Made by a program: the position numbers and the translations under genes
Assembly: GCA_965207065.1 (NCBI GenBank)
Contig: OZ242260.1
Location: 2,810,017 to 2,874,016, forward strand
Length of the DNA: 64,000 nt
Origin: a bacterium
Lineage (GTDB): Bacteria > UBA8248
Reading direction: 5' to 3'
In this document: one piece after another, positions 1 through 10,205 of the stretch
How the letters are laid out: each line of letters opens with the position of its first letter
Position numbering within the stretch: position 1 is the first letter of the stretch
The notes under the pieces: model-generated
What the model saw: only the letters and a program-made list of their open reading frames with translations
Database searches by the model: none
What the model was told of the DNA's origin: nothing

Positions 1-86
1 AAAAAATCCGCCATGTTTTGGCTAGCGTATTCAAATGATCGTGAGGGGAGGCGGGAGGCGCTTCCCGGGATCGAAGGGGGGGGAGA

Positions 87-1235
87 ATGAGTGATACGAC
101 GTTTTTTACACTGGATCAGGAGCCGCCGTGTAGCGCGAGAATCGCGGTCGTCGGCGTAGGAGGGGGCGGAGGAAACGCCATCAACACCATGATTTCAGCG
201 GGCATGGAGGGTGTTCAATTCGTGGCCGCGAACACGGATTCCCAGGTTTTGGAGCGTTCTCTCGCGTCCGACAAAATCCAGCTCGGCAAGGAGTTGACGA
301 ATGGACTTGGGGCCGGTGGCAACCCCGAGGTAGGCAGGAAAGCCGCTCTGGAGGACACAGAGTGTCTCTCGGAATTCATGCAAAACCTCGAGATGGTGTT
401 CGTCACGGCAGGAATGGGTGGTGGTACGGGCACGGGTGCGGCTCCCGTCATCGCTCGCATTGCGAAAGAGGCAGGGGTGCTGACGGTGGGCGTCGTCACC
501 AAGCCGTTCGACTTCGAGGGTCCGCGCCGGATGAATCAGGCCGACGAGGGCATCGAGGAACTGCGTGACGCCGTGAACACGCTCATCACCATCCCCAACC
601 AGCGTCTCCTGGGCATGGTCGAGCGCTCCACGCCGATGATGGAGGCTTTCCAGAAGGCGAATAACGTCTTGTTGCAGGCGTGTAAGGGTATCGCCGACCT
701 CATCACCACGCCCGGTTTGATCAATCTCGATTTCGCCGACGTGCGCACCATCATGCGCGACATGGGCGGGAAGGCCCTGATGGGCAGCGGCACGGGCCAG
801 GGCGAGAATCGCGCCGTCATCGCCGCGCAGAACGCCATCAACAGTCCGCTGCTCGAGGAAGGGACCATCGAGGGTTCCCGGGGCGTACTCATCAACATCA
901 CCGGCGGTCAGGATCTTTCCCTCTTCGAGGTGAACGAGGCCTGCAGACTCGTCCATGAAAAAGCGCACCAGGACGCCAACATCATTTTCGGTTCGGTAAT
1001 TGACCCGAACCTGGACAACCAGATTCGCGTGACGGTAATCGCAACGGGCTTCGGGAGGGAATCTATTCGCGAAGTTCCTCCCCTGGAAGCGGAAGCGACG
1101 GGCACCGAGGGCGGGAAAATCTCGGTTCCTGCGTATATCCGCCTGAAAAGTAACAAGATGCAACCTGGCGTCCCGGATAATCTGGAGGATGACGATCTGG
1201 ATGTGCCCACTTTCCTGCGCAAGCAGGTTGACTAA
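87..1235 (+). CDS. ftsZ: cell division protein FtsZ
   Basis: Tubulin/FtsZ signature GGGTGTG ([18 protein letters not shown]) and N-terminal GVGGGGGNA glycine-rich GTP-binding loop; RBS-like gggagaATG. Confidence 0.97.
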   Translation: MSDTTFFTLDQEPPCSARIAVVGVGGGGGNAINTMISAGMEGVQFVAANTDSQVLERSLASDKIQLGKELTNGLGAGGNPEVGRKAALEDTECLSEFMQNLEMVFVTAGMGGGTGTGAAPVIARIAKEAGVLTVGVVTKPFDFEGPRRMNQADEGIEELRDAVNTLITIPNQRLLGMVERSTPMMEAFQKANNVLLQACKGIADLITTPGLINLDFADVRTIMRDMGGKALMGSGTGQGENRAVIAAQNAINSPLLEEGTIEGSRGVLINITGGQDLSLFEVNEACRLVHEKAHQDANIIFGSVIDPNLDNQIRVTVIATGFGRESIREVPPLEAEATGTEGGKISVPAYIRLKSNKMQPGVPDNLEDDDLDVPTFLRKQVD

Positions 1236-1445
1236 CCCCCACACGTCGTTCGGTCGAGGGGGCCTCTCTCGCGCCTGACGACGCATTCCCCATGGACGCG
1301 ACTGGGGGAGAGCATTCTCCCCCAGCCCCGCCTTTCTCAGGGCATGGGCCCGTTTCTTGTGGCGTCACGGACCTCTCATTATAATGAGAGCCGGACAAGG
1401 AGTTTACGGAAGGGTGTACGGTAATTTCTCGTCGTCCGGGATGGG

Positions 1446-2249
1446 TTGCGGATGATTTCTCTGGAACGCCACGAATCCGGCAGCGTTGAATTTCTCAGCT
1501 CACCCTTGCTGGATGAACCCGGTTTCTTGCGTCATGGGTTCAGCACCCGGAGGGGAGGGGTGAGCGAAGGCCGGTTCCGTTCCTTGAACCTCGGCCGCGC
1601 CAGGGGTGAAGATCCCGAAAACGTAGCGGAGAACAGAAGGCGCTTTTTTGAAGCCGCCGATTTTCCGGCGCGACGCCTGGTGGAAGCGAAACAGGTGCAC
1701 GGGTGCGACGTTCTCGTGGCGGAGCAAACATCTCCCGGTGAAAGAACGTGCGGAGACGCCCTGATCACGAACGCTTCGGGTTTGGGGCTGGCGGTCCAGA
1801 CGGCGGATTGCATTCCCGTGCTCATCGCAGACGCGCGGAAGGTGGCCGTCGCAGCCGTGCATGCGGGACGCAAGGGAGTTGCCGGCGGCGTTTTGTCCGC
1901 GACCATCGAGCGGATGCGGGAGGAATACGGCTGCGATCCCAGGGATATGCGGGCCGCTTTGGGCCCCGCCATTTCCGGGGAACGCTACGAGGTGGGCGAG
2001 GAGTGCCTGCCGCCTTTTCGCGAACGGCACCCAAACTGGAGGGATTTCGCCACGCCCCTGGGGAGGGGCAAGTGGCTGCTGGACCTCCCCCTGGCGGCGA
2101 GGCTTCAGTTGGCCTCTGCAGGGATTCCCGAAAGCCGGATTGGTGCGCCGGGGCCTTGCACGTTTTCTGAATCATCAAAGTTTTTCTCCTACCGCCGCGA
2201 CGGGCCTCAGACGGGGCGACTGCTGTCGGCCGTCTGGATAGGAGGGTGA
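1446..2249 (+). CDS. pgeF: YfiH/PgeF family (DUF152 laccase-domain) protein
   Basis: Protein length and composition typical of the YlmD/YfiH family; position directly downstream of ftsZ as in conserved ylm clusters; TTG start in track. Confidence 0.75.
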   Translation: MRMISLERHESGSVEFLSSPLLDEPGFLRHGFSTRRGGVSEGRFRSLNLGRARGEDPENVAENRRRFFEAADFPARRLVEAKQVHGCDVLVAEQTSPGERTCGDALITNASGLGLAVQTADCIPVLIADARKVAVAAVHAGRKGVAGGVLSATIERMREEYGCDPRDMRAALGPAISGERYEVGEECLPPFRERHPNWRDFATPLGRGKWLLDLPLAARLQLASAGIPESRIGAPGPCTFSESSKFFSYRRDGPQTGRLLSAVWIGG

Positions 2250-2962
2250 GGAATACGGTGAGTGAAGTTGGGCAGCGATACGAGATGGTGAAGGAGCGTG
2301 TGGCGGATGCGGCACTCGCCTCTGGCCGGAACCCGGATGAAATTCGCCTTCTGGCCGTGAGCAAGACCCAGCCGCCCGAGCGCGTCGTCGAAGCGATCGA
2401 TGCGGGCGTCGACATCATCGGGGAGAACCGGGTGCAGGAAGCCCAGCGCAAAAGGGGTGAAATCGACCCCGGGGTCGCGGGCAGGGCGAGGTGGCATCTC
2501 ATCGGCGGCCTGCAAAGGAACAAGGCCCGCACCGTGCCCGGACTGTTCGACGTGGTGGAATCGGTAGATTCCCTCGCCCTGGCGCGCGAGTTGAACAAGC
2601 GCGTGGGTGTCGCGGGAGAAGACCCCCTGGACGTGTTCATACAGGTGAACACGGGGGCGGAAACCCAGAAGGGAGGGGTCGCCCCGGCGGATGCGATAGC
2701 GCTCGTGCGCGATGTTTCCGCGCTGGAAGCCTTGCGGGTGGTCGGCTTGATGTGTATTCCTCCCCTGGGGCGGGAGGCGGAGGAGAGCCGACCCCATTTC
2801 GAGTTGTTGAGAAAATTGAGGGATGAGGCCCGGGACGGAGGGTTTTCTCACGTCCGGGAGTTGTCGATGGGCATGTCGAACGACTTCGAAGTCGCGATAG
2901 CCGAGGGAGCGACGCTCGTCCGCATCGGCACGGCCATTTTCGGGCCGAGAGGAGAGAACTGA
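2246..2962 (+). CDS. yggS: YggS-family pyridoxal-phosphate homeostasis protein
   Basis: Alanine-racemase-N-like fold sequence (LLAVSKTQP, ENRVQE, RWHLIGGLQRNK); overlaps stop of upstream gene. Confidence 0.8.
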   Translation: MRNTVSEVGQRYEMVKERVADAALASGRNPDEIRLLAVSKTQPPERVVEAIDAGVDIIGENRVQEAQRKRGEIDPGVAGRARWHLIGGLQRNKARTVPGLFDVVESVDSLALARELNKRVGVAGEDPLDVFIQVNTGAETQKGGVAPADAIALVRDVSALEALRVVGLMCIPPLGREAEESRPHFELLRKLRDEARDGGFSHVRELSMGMSNDFEVAIAEGATLVRIGTAIFGPRGEN

Positions 2963-3055
2963 AGCGAATTTGAATCAGGCCAATCATTTCAGTAGGATGG
3001 GCTGGTTCCGGCGTTCGGGGCGATTTCGAACCTATATGCGAAAGGTATTTGGAAT

Positions 3056-3862
3056 ATGTCGGAAATCCTTGTAGTCGGTGGCGGCAACATGGGCGAAGCG
3101 CTCGTCATGGGGATGGTGAATTCCGCCTATGCGAAAGTCGACGACATCGTCATCGCGGAGCCCCTGGCGGAGCGCGCCGAACATCTCCGGCAAGCTTCGG
3201 GATTTGCCGTGGTGTCCGATGGGGCCGAAGCGGCTCCCGAGGCGGAAAAAGTGGTGATCGCAGTGAAGCCGCAGGTGCTCGACGCTGTTCTGGGTGGGCT
3301 GAGGGACGCTCTCGCGCACCGACCGCTCCTGATTTCAGTCGTCGCGGGCGCGTCCACGAGCCGGTTCACGGGAATTCTGGGCGATGAGGCGCGCATCGTC
3401 CGCGTCATGCCGAACACGCCCGCCCTCGTGGGAGAAGGCGCCGCGGGGCTATGCGCCGGCGGAGGGGCGTCGGAAGCGGATTTATCGCAAGCGAAGCAGC
3501 TTCTGGAGTCCGTCGGCAAGGCAGTGGTCTTGCCTGAATCGCTGATGGATGCCGTGACTGGCTTGTCGGGCAGCGGTCCCGCGTATGTCTTCCAATTCAT
3601 CGAGGCGCTGGCGGACGGCGGGGTGAGGGCGGGCCTGCCCCGTGAGGAGGCGATGCTGCTGGCGACCCAGACCGTTTTGGGCTCCGCGCGGATGCTTCTC
3701 GAAACGGGAGAGCATCCGGGCCGCCTGAAGGACATGGTGGCCTCGCCCGGGGGAACGACCATCGCCGGCTTGCATGCGCTCGAAAACGGGGGACTGCGCT
3801 CCGCCGTCATCAACGCCGTCAGCGCCGCCGCGCGCAGAAGCGAGGAACTGGGCCGTGGCTAG
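3056..3862 (+). CDS. proC: pyrroline-5-carboxylate reductase
   Basis: N-terminal Rossmann motif VVGGGNMGEAL and ProC-like C-terminal region (ASPGGTTIAGL). Confidence 0.9.
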   Translation: MSEILVVGGGNMGEALVMGMVNSAYAKVDDIVIAEPLAERAEHLRQASGFAVVSDGAEAAPEAEKVVIAVKPQVLDAVLGGLRDALAHRPLLISVVAGASTSRFTGILGDEARIVRVMPNTPALVGEGAAGLCAGGGASEADLSQAKQLLESVGKAVVLPESLMDAVTGLSGSGPAYVFQFIEALADGGVRAGLPREEAMLLATQTVLGSARMLLETGEHPGRLKDMVASPGGTTIAGLHALENGGLRSAVINAVSAAARRSEELGRG

Positions 3863-3889
3863 TCTGCTTTTCGATATGAGGGTTCGGTC

Positions 3890-4186
3890 GTGTTCTTGAT
3901 ATCGAATTTCATGAACGGAATCGGGGTGATTCTCAGCTATCTGCTGACCATCTACATCTGGATCATCATCATCCGCGCGCTTTTGTCGTGGGTGAACCCG
4001 GATCCCTATAATCCGATTGTTCAGATATTGTATCGCCTGACGGAGCCCGTGCTGGCTCCCGTGCGCTACCGGATGCCCGACATCGGGGGCATCGATGCGA
4101 GTCCGATCGTGGTTTTGTTGATCATATTCTTTTTGCAAAGTTTCCTGGTTCAAAGTATCTTTGACCTGGCAAACATGTTGCGTTGA
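3890..4186 (+). CDS. YggT family membrane protein
   Basis: 98-aa hydrophobic protein with YggT-like motif (IIIRALLSWVNPDPYNP), conserved position after proC. Confidence 0.75.
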   Translation: MFLISNFMNGIGVILSYLLTIYIWIIIIRALLSWVNPDPYNPIVQILYRLTEPVLAPVRYRMPDIGGIDASPIVVLLIIFFLQSFLVQSIFDLANMLR

Positions 4187-4206
4187 TTATCACCTGGGGA
4201 GTGGAG

Positions 4207-4782
4207 ATGAAGTACACGGGCCATGACGTTCGAAGCCATCGTTTTTCGAGCAAGATGCGGGGCTACGATCGGCTCGAAGTCGATGCGTACCTGTTCAAGG
4301 TGGCCGACTGGCTGGATCAGTCGGTGCGGAAAAACGAACAGCTCAGCCTGCAATGCAAGGACCTCTTCGATCAATACAATGGCTTGAGAGAAGAGCACGC
4401 CAATCTGCAGAAAATCCTCATCTCCGTAAACGAACTCAGGGATCAGGCCGCGGCCAAGTCCGGCGAAATGGTGGAAAAAGCGGAAACCGACGCCGAGGAA
4501 CTCATCAATGAGGCCGAAGTCGAGGCGAATAAGATACTCGTGAAAGCCGAACAGGATACCGAAAAACTGCGTGAGGAGATCGCGAGGTTAACGGAACAGA
4601 GGGATAAGATTCTTGCGGATCTGTATGAGACGTTTCTCTCCCAGATTCGAACACTCGAGGTCGAAGGCGTCCGCATGGGGGTCGACCTCGCCCGCCTCCA
4701 TGAGGAAGGCGAAGAGGTTCCTGACGAGAAAAGTGAAAACGTCATCAAGCTGAACCAGAAAGCGGAGGGCGATGCGTCGTGA
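4207..4782 (+). CDS. DivIVA domain protein
   Basis: N-terminal DivIVA motif (F..KMRGYDRLEVDAYL) followed by coiled-coil; start moved to ATG 4207 preceded by ggaga. Confidence 0.75.
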   Translation: MKYTGHDVRSHRFSSKMRGYDRLEVDAYLFKVADWLDQSVRKNEQLSLQCKDLFDQYNGLREEHANLQKILISVNELRDQAAAKSGEMVEKAETDAEELINEAEVEANKILVKAEQDTEKLREEIARLTEQRDKILADLYETFLSQIRTLEVEGVRMGVDLARLHEEGEEVPDEKSENVIKLNQKAEGDAS

Positions 4783-5072
4783 TCGGCCTCCGCGAGGAGG
4801 CGGACGGCGTCAGCTTTGAGGTTCGGGTCCAGCCGCGTTCATCCAAAATGGAAATCACCGGAGTCCAGGACGGCGCCCTGCGGGTGCGGCTGACGGCGCC
4901 GCCCGTGGAAGGCGCCGCAAACATACAGTGCATCGAGTTGCTCTCCCGTAAAATGAAGGTTCCAAAACGCTCCATACGAATCGCCTCGGGCGCGAGAGCG
5001 CGCAGAAAGCGCCTGAAGGTCCTGGGACTGGGCATCGAAGAGGTGAGGGATATCCTGAGCGCCATGGCGTAG
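4779..5072 (+). CDS. DUF167 (YggU-like) protein
   Basis: 97-aa ORF with YggU-like sequence (GALRVRLTAPPVEGAAN); start overlaps divIVA stop. Confidence 0.65.
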   Translation: MIGLREEADGVSFEVRVQPRSSKMEITGVQDGALRVRLTAPPVEGAANIQCIELLSRKMKVPKRSIRIASGARARRKRLKVLGLGIEEVRDILSAMA

Positions 5073-5152
5073 AAGCCATGTGCCCGCGCAAAGCGATGAA
5101 TGAGAGAATCCGGATGGGCGGGAAAAAAGAGATTGAGGGAAATTTTCACACC

Positions 5153-6202
5153 ATGGCGTTTCGGGACGGCGCTCTCGTTCTTCTCGATCAGCGGAAACTT
5201 CCCCGAGAAGAGGTGTATCTCGAATACCGCACGGAAGACGATGTGGCCGAGGCCATCAAGACCATGGTGGTGCGCGGCGCGCCCGCCATCGGGATAGCGG
5301 CGGCTTATGGCATGGCCCTGGCCGCCGCCCGCCACGCGGGTTCAGGCGGCGATGCGCAGCGCGAGGCGCTCGAGCGGGCGGCCCGGGTGCTGGGCGACAC
5401 GCGCCCCACGGCGGTGAATCTCTTCTGGGCGATAGAAAAAATGATGGCGCACGTCGACCATAGCGACTCGGCGCCCGAAGGGCTGGCCGATGAACTCCTC
5501 CGCCTGGCGAGGGATATGCACGAGGAGGACGCCGCGATTTGCCGCCGGATAGGCGACCTGGGCGCTGAGTTGCTGCAGGAGGGGAGCAGCGTTCTCACCC
5601 ATTGCAACGCCGGCGCGCTTGCGACCGCAGGCTACGGCACGGCGGGCGGCGTGATTCGCAGCGGCTTTCGGGACGGACGGGTGCGGGAGGTTTTCGTGGA
5701 CGAGACCAGACCCTTCCTGCAGGGAGCGCGCCTCACCGCCTGGGAGTTGAGCCGCGACGGCATCCCCGTCGTGCTCATCACCGACAACATGGCCGCGCAT
5801 TGCATGAGCCTGGGAAGGATAGACGCGATTGTGGTAGGTGCGGACCGCGTGGCCGCGAACGGGGACGTCGCCAATAAAATCGGCACGTATGGCCTCGCGG
5901 TGCTCGCGAGAGAACACGGGGTGCCCTTTTACGTGGCGGCGCCGACGAGCACCGTCGACATGGAGGCGAAAAGCGGCGCGGACATTCCCATCGAAGAACG
6001 CCCCGAGGAGGAGGTTCGCTCCTTCGGCGGCCGGCCCGTCGCGCCGGAGGGGGTAAGCGTCTTCAACCCCGCTTTCGACGTGACGCCCGCGCGTTTCGTG
6101 GACGCCCTGGTGACGGAGCGGGGGGTAGTGCGCCTCGCGGAAGGGGAGTCTCTCGGCCTATACTACAAGATGTCAGGTTTGCCGTTTCAAAGCGAGATGT
6201 AG
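5153..6202 (+). CDS. mtnA: S-methyl-5-thioribose-1-phosphate isomerase (eIF-2B alpha/beta/delta family)
   Basis: MtnA-like sequence (LLDQRKLP, MVVRGAPAIGIAAAYG, ANKIGTYGLAVLA); start set to in-frame ATG 5153 after gaggga. Confidence 0.85.
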   Translation: MAFRDGALVLLDQRKLPREEVYLEYRTEDDVAEAIKTMVVRGAPAIGIAAAYGMALAAARHAGSGGDAQREALERAARVLGDTRPTAVNLFWAIEKMMAHVDHSDSAPEGLADELLRLARDMHEEDAAICRRIGDLGAELLQEGSSVLTHCNAGALATAGYGTAGGVIRSGFRDGRVREVFVDETRPFLQGARLTAWELSRDGIPVVLITDNMAAHCMSLGRIDAIVVGADRVAANGDVANKIGTYGLAVLAREHGVPFYVAAPTSTVDMEAKSGADIPIEERPEEEVRSFGGRPVAPEGVSVFNPAFDVTPARFVDALVTERGVVRLAEGESLGLYYKMSGLPFQSEM

Positions 6203-6212
6203 ACTGCTCGTG

Positions 6213-6242
6213 TTGACTTCCGGCACGCGTGCGGGCTATAAA
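6213..6242 (+). promoter_or_regulatory. candidate sigma70-like promoter for tRNA-Asp (TTGACT -35, TATAAA -10, 18-nt spacer)
   Basis: Hexamers read directly about 40 nt upstream of the tRNA 5' end. Confidence 0.3.
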
Positions 6243-6281
6243 CCGACATTCTTCGGGCGGTTTTGAAGAGTTGTTTTCATG

Positions 6282-6359
6282 GGGGCTGTAGCGAAGTTTG
6301 GTTATCGCGCTGGCCTGTCAAGCCAGAGATCGCGGGTTCGAGTCCCGTCAGCCCCGCCA
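6282..6359 (+). tRNA. tRNA-Asp (anticodon GTC)
   Basis: Manual cloverleaf: acceptor GGGGCTG/CAGCCCC, D-stem GCGA/TCGC, anticodon stem CTGGC/GCCAG with loop CTGTCAA, T-arm GCGGG-TTCGAGT-CCCGT, encoded CCA. Confidence 0.9.
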
Positions 6360-6672
6360 CTTTCAACTCCGCTCAGAATCTTCGCCTTTAAAGAGTATAC
6401 AGGCGAATATGCCGCTCATTCTCATGCCGACGTCAGAATTCGGGCGAGCTTTGGTCTTCGGCGGGGTGTTGGTGTATAGTAAATTTTAATGTATTCAATT
6501 TATTTTATTTATAGATTAAATTTCGCTTTCCTACATCATGAGCGAATCATTCATGATTTACCGGCGTATGGTTTGATCGGTGTCGATGGTATGTCGACGC
6601 TGTAAGACTTTGCGTCTTTTTACAACTCCTTGGGCCGTCTCAAGGAAGTCTTCTATTTCGAGGAGAAACGGA

Positions 6673-7662
6673 ATGAAAAGATTTGTTGGTTTCGCACTGG
6701 CCGCCGCGTTCGTAGTGGGTACGTTCGTGGTGGTCGCACCGGCCGAATCGGCGACGCTGCGAATCGGCGCGCACCGCTCCATGTGGGGTTCTTTCGAGAT
6801 TATCGCCGACCGCATGGGCTACTGGAAGAAAGAGGGCCTCAAATACACAATCGGCCACTTCAAGCAGGGCAAACTGATGCGCAACGCCATCATCCAGGAC
6901 AACCTGGATACCGGCACCACGGGTTTCTCGCCCTTCACCACGGCGATCTCCAAGGGCGCGCGGATCATGGGCATCGGCGTGACGGCGAACATGTGTGAAG
7001 CCATCAACATCATCGTGCCCGTGAAGTCGAAGGCGAAGAGCCTCAATGATCTCAAGGGCTCGGTGTTCGCCAACAAGAAGGGCACGAGCACGGACTTCTC
7101 CTTCCAGGCCTTCGTCCTTCCCGCGTATGGCCTGAAAAGCTCCGATTTCCCGCTTCTGAGCGTCCGCGCCACCGAGCGCATCGCCGCGCTGATATCCGGC
7201 GCCGCCAAGGCGGCCATGGTCGGCGAGCCGCAGGGTGAAATCGCCCGCGAGGCCGGCTACGTCCGCTATCTTGAGGACCTCTGCAAGTACGACAACCCGA
7301 GCATGATGCACGTGGGCAACCCCCAGACCATGAAAAAACACCCCGACCTTTACTACAAATACTTCCGGGGTTGGCTGAAGGCCCACCAGTTGGTGAAGAA
7401 CGACCCCGAGAAGTACGCCAAGGTCTATACCAAAGCGTTGCAGGAAGTCGGCGACAAGGCCAAGGAGAGCACCACGCTCAAGGTCATCAAGAAGCTGAAG
7501 TCCGAATTGTACCTGAGCGATCGCGTGAGGAGCTACCTGAACAAGATGGGTGACAAGCAGAAGGAATTCGGCTGGATCAAGAGCCGCCCAGACTTCAGAA
7601 AGAGCCCGTGGCTGAATGACTCCATCCTCCGCAAGGCCGCGAAGGACATCGGCTTCAACTAG
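6673..7662 (+). CDS. ABC transporter substrate-binding protein (nitrate/sulfonate/taurine NitT/TauT-like)
   Basis: Signal peptide (MKRFVGFALAAAFVVGTFVVVAPAES) then SsuA/NMT1-like periplasmic binding fold; start set to ATG 6673 with aggaga RBS. Confidence 0.8.
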   Translation: MKRFVGFALAAAFVVGTFVVVAPAESATLRIGAHRSMWGSFEIIADRMGYWKKEGLKYTIGHFKQGKLMRNAIIQDNLDTGTTGFSPFTTAISKGARIMGIGVTANMCEAINIIVPVKSKAKSLNDLKGSVFANKKGTSTDFSFQAFVLPAYGLKSSDFPLLSVRATERIAALISGAAKAAMVGEPQGEIAREAGYVRYLEDLCKYDNPSMMHVGNPQTMKKHPDLYYKYFRGWLKAHQLVKNDPEKYAKVYTKALQEVGDKAKESTTLKVIKKLKSELYLSDRVRSYLNKMGDKQKEFGWIKSRPDFRKSPWLNDSILRKAAKDIGFN

Positions 7663-7692
7663 GCGACACGTATACGCAAGACGCAAAACAAA

Positions 7693-7730
7693 AGCCCCCG
7701 GGAGTATCCGCTCCCGGGGGCTTTTGTTTT
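7693..7730 (+). terminator. Rho-independent terminator
   Basis: Perfect 12-bp GC stem AGCCCCCGGGAG/CTCCCGGGGGCT, 6-nt loop, then TTTTGTTTT; A-run on the 5' side. Confidence 0.75.
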
Positions 7731-7804
7731 GCTGGAGCCGGATGATCACGCCCTGGATCGGGTTGTTGAAAACGCCTTCATCGGTCGGGGTCGCGGTATT
7801 CGGT

Positions 7805-7970
7805 AGTCAGACAGGCTCCCGTGTTTGTCCGAGGTCGCTGTAGGGACAGGTTGTCCCTACGGGCTCACCTCCCGCCGTCATTCCGGCGGCGCCAAATTCC
7901 GAGTGAGGAGAGGTTTTTCAACAACCCCAAGTAGAGGGTTTGTAGGGACAGGCCCCTGTGCCTGTCCGAG
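7805..7970. repeat. cluster of REP-like palindromes (GTAGGGACAGG...CCTGTCCCTAC family)
   Basis: Palindrome gtagggacaggttgtccctac at 7840-7860; gtagggacaggcccctgtgcctgtccga at 7942-7968 recurs identically at 49236. Confidence 0.5.
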
Positions 7971-8232
7971 GCATCCGGACCTCTTCTTGCAAAGCGCAAC
8001 CGCTGGGATGGAATGGAAATACAAATACGGGTGGACATAGAGGTTCATGGCGGCCACGGAGGGCCGCCCCTACGGAAGCTCCACCGCCTTTTGAAACCAA
8101 TCCCCCACAGGGGGCTATTTCCTGTATCTGTGGGTAGTAGAAGGTGCGCGCAGGACTCATCCTCCCGAAACATAAAAAAACCGGGCGCGACTCTCGTCGC
8201 GCCCGGCAGGTAAGCGTTTGTATTTGTTCTGG

Positions 8233-9159
8233 TTACACTTTTTTGTCCTGCGCGCCCATCGCCTCCATCATACCCCAGCGGATGACGGTGCGGCTCTCGA
8301 TGGGCTGGAAGAGCGCCTTCTCGAGAATGAAGCCGAAAAGCCCAAGTACGGAAAGAGCAACCATCATGAACGCGATGTCGAGGTATTCCTGCGCGTCGAA
8401 AATGCCGGCGGAAAGTCCCCAGCGGATGCCCGCGAACGCCTCCGCCCCCACGCCGGCGCGCCAGGCGCGCGCCAATCCGATGCGCAGACCGCTCAGAATC
8501 ATCGGGAGCGAGCCGGGCAGGACGACGGTGCGGAAAATCGTCATCTTGTCCGCGTTCATCGACTGGGCCGCGCGTATCCATACCGGGTTCACGGTTTTCA
8601 CCCCCGTCCAGACCGCCATGGCGATGGGCAGGAACGAGGCGAAGGCCGTGATGACGATGACCGTCTGATCTCCGATGCCCGACCAGATGACGACGATGGG
8701 TGTCCACGCGATGGCCGGAATCGGCAGCAACACGGAGAGAAGCGGCACGAAGAACGATTCCCAGAAAGCGAAGCGTCCCATCAAGATTCCCACGATGGTG
8801 CCCACGATGGCGGCGATAAAGAACGAGAACGGAAGGCGCCACGCGGTGTTGAGCGTATGGAGCAGAATCGGGCTCTCAAAAAGTTTCCAGATCTGATCCA
8901 TGATTCCCAGGTTCGGGTTCTCGGCCAATGCACGGAACAGGGGATCGGTGACGAGTTCCCATGCCCTGAAGACAATCGCGTCCACGGTGGGGAAGAGCCT
9001 GCCCTGGTTGCCCTGGGCCTGCATGGCGGCGACTTGCCAGATGGCGAGGATGACGATGAACGGGTAGATCGGCCTGAGCTTCACCCAAATGGGCGACCTC
9101 ACCTCTTTTTTCTTCTCGTCCAACGATGGAGGAACAGGCGTTGCCTCGGTTGTCTGCAT
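8233..9159 (-). CDS. ABC transporter permease (NitT/TauT family)
   Basis: Multi-TM protein with the binding-protein-dependent permease fold typical of SsuC/TauC. Confidence 0.85.
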   Translation of the reverse strand: MQTTEATPVPPSLDEKKKEVRSPIWVKLRPIYPFIVILAIWQVAAMQAQGNQGRLFPTVDAIVFRAWELVTDPLFRALAENPNLGIMDQIWKLFESPILLHTLNTAWRLPFSFFIAAIVGTIVGILMGRFAFWESFFVPLLSVLLPIPAIAWTPIVVIWSGIGDQTVIVITAFASFLPIAMAVWTGVKTVNPVWIRAAQSMNADKMTIFRTVVLPGSLPMILSGLRIGLARAWRAGVGAEAFAGIRWGLSAGIFDAQEYLDIAFMMVALSVLGLFGFILEKALFQPIESRTVIRWGMMEAMGAQDKKV

Positions 9160-9172
9160 GGATAATTCCTCT

Positions 9173-9919
9173 CTAAAAATCGCGAATCAAATCGTTCACG
9201 TGTTTTTGCAGTTTGATGAACTCGGGCGCGAGGTCGTCGCGGGGCCTGGGTAGATCGACTCTCACGATCTCGCGGATTCTCCCCGGATTCGGTACAAACA
9301 CGACGATCCGGTTCCCGAGATAGACGGCTTCGCTCAGGTTGTGCGTGACATAGAGGATCGTCTTTTTCGTCTTCTGCCATACGTCGACGGTCAACTCCTG
9401 CAACTCCTCGCGCGTCTGGGCGTCGAGCGCGCCGAAGGGCTCGTCCATCAGTAGGATTTGCGGGTCGAACGCCATGGCTCTCGCCACCGCCACGCGCTGG
9501 CGCATACCGCCCGAGAGGTTGTGGGGAAAGAAATCGGCAAATTCCTCGAGGCGGACGAGACGAAGAAACTCGAACGCGATTTCTCTGCGCTCCTTCTCGG
9601 GGAAGTTTCTGATCTCGAGGCCGTATTCCACGTTCTGTCTGGCCGTGCGCCACGGGAAGAGGGCGTATTCCTGGAACACGACGCCCTTGTCGTAGTCCTG
9701 GGTGAGCGTTTTTCCGTCCATGGTGATTGTGCCCGCGGTGATCTCGACGAAGCCGGCGAGCATGTTCAGCAGCGTCGTTTTTCCGCAGCCCGAAAGCCCC
9801 ACGAGGCAGATGAACTCGCCGTCCTCGATGTTGAGGGTCACATCCTCGAGAGCGTGGACTCTTCTTTCGGGTGTGTCATAGATTTTTCTCAAATTCTGAA
9901 TCGATATTTTGGTTACCAT
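9173..9919 (-). CDS. ABC transporter ATP-binding protein (NitT/TauT family)
   Basis: Walker A GLSGCGKTT, signature LSGGMRQR, Walker B LLMDEPFGALD; start set to internal Met (MVTKISIQNL). Confidence 0.9.
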   Translation of the reverse strand: MVTKISIQNLRKIYDTPERRVHALEDVTLNIEDGEFICLVGLSGCGKTTLLNMLAGFVEITAGTITMDGKTLTQDYDKGVVFQEYALFPWRTARQNVEYGLEIRNFPEKERREIAFEFLRLVRLEEFADFFPHNLSGGMRQRVAVARAMAFDPQILLMDEPFGALDAQTREELQELTVDVWQKTKKTILYVTHNLSEAVYLGNRIVVFVPNPGRIREIVRVDLPRPRDDLAPEFIKLQKHVNDLIRDF

Positions 9920-10205
9920 AAATAATAGTATTCCCAATATGATGAAAGACATAGCCTTTCGGGTGAATTGAAATCGAAACGAAGCAGGATGATTCTAGCA
10001 AATACATAACGAGAGAGAAACCGCAATTATACTTTCACGATGATTTGTAATAATCTCATGTTCGTTCATCTATGTTGATGAGTGGCTCACAGCCAAAAAG
10101 TATTGATATTGCTTGAGATTTGGGTGTATCCCCAAGTCATGTGAATATTGGTTTGCTCCGTATGCCGGGATGAATCCCGGGCGGGAATACCGGAAAGGGT
10201 TCTTG

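Noticed and set aside
195-1286. Long antisense or overlapping ORFs inside well-supported genes (e.g. 195..1286 -, 6640..7749 -, 8218..9165 +, 11834..12994 -, 14183..15400 +, 24320..25831 -, 60890..61603 +)
   Set aside because: Typical stop-codon-poor antisense frames of high-GC DNA; Arg/Pro/Ala-rich low-complexity translations with no motifs; each overlaps a gene with clear family signatures.
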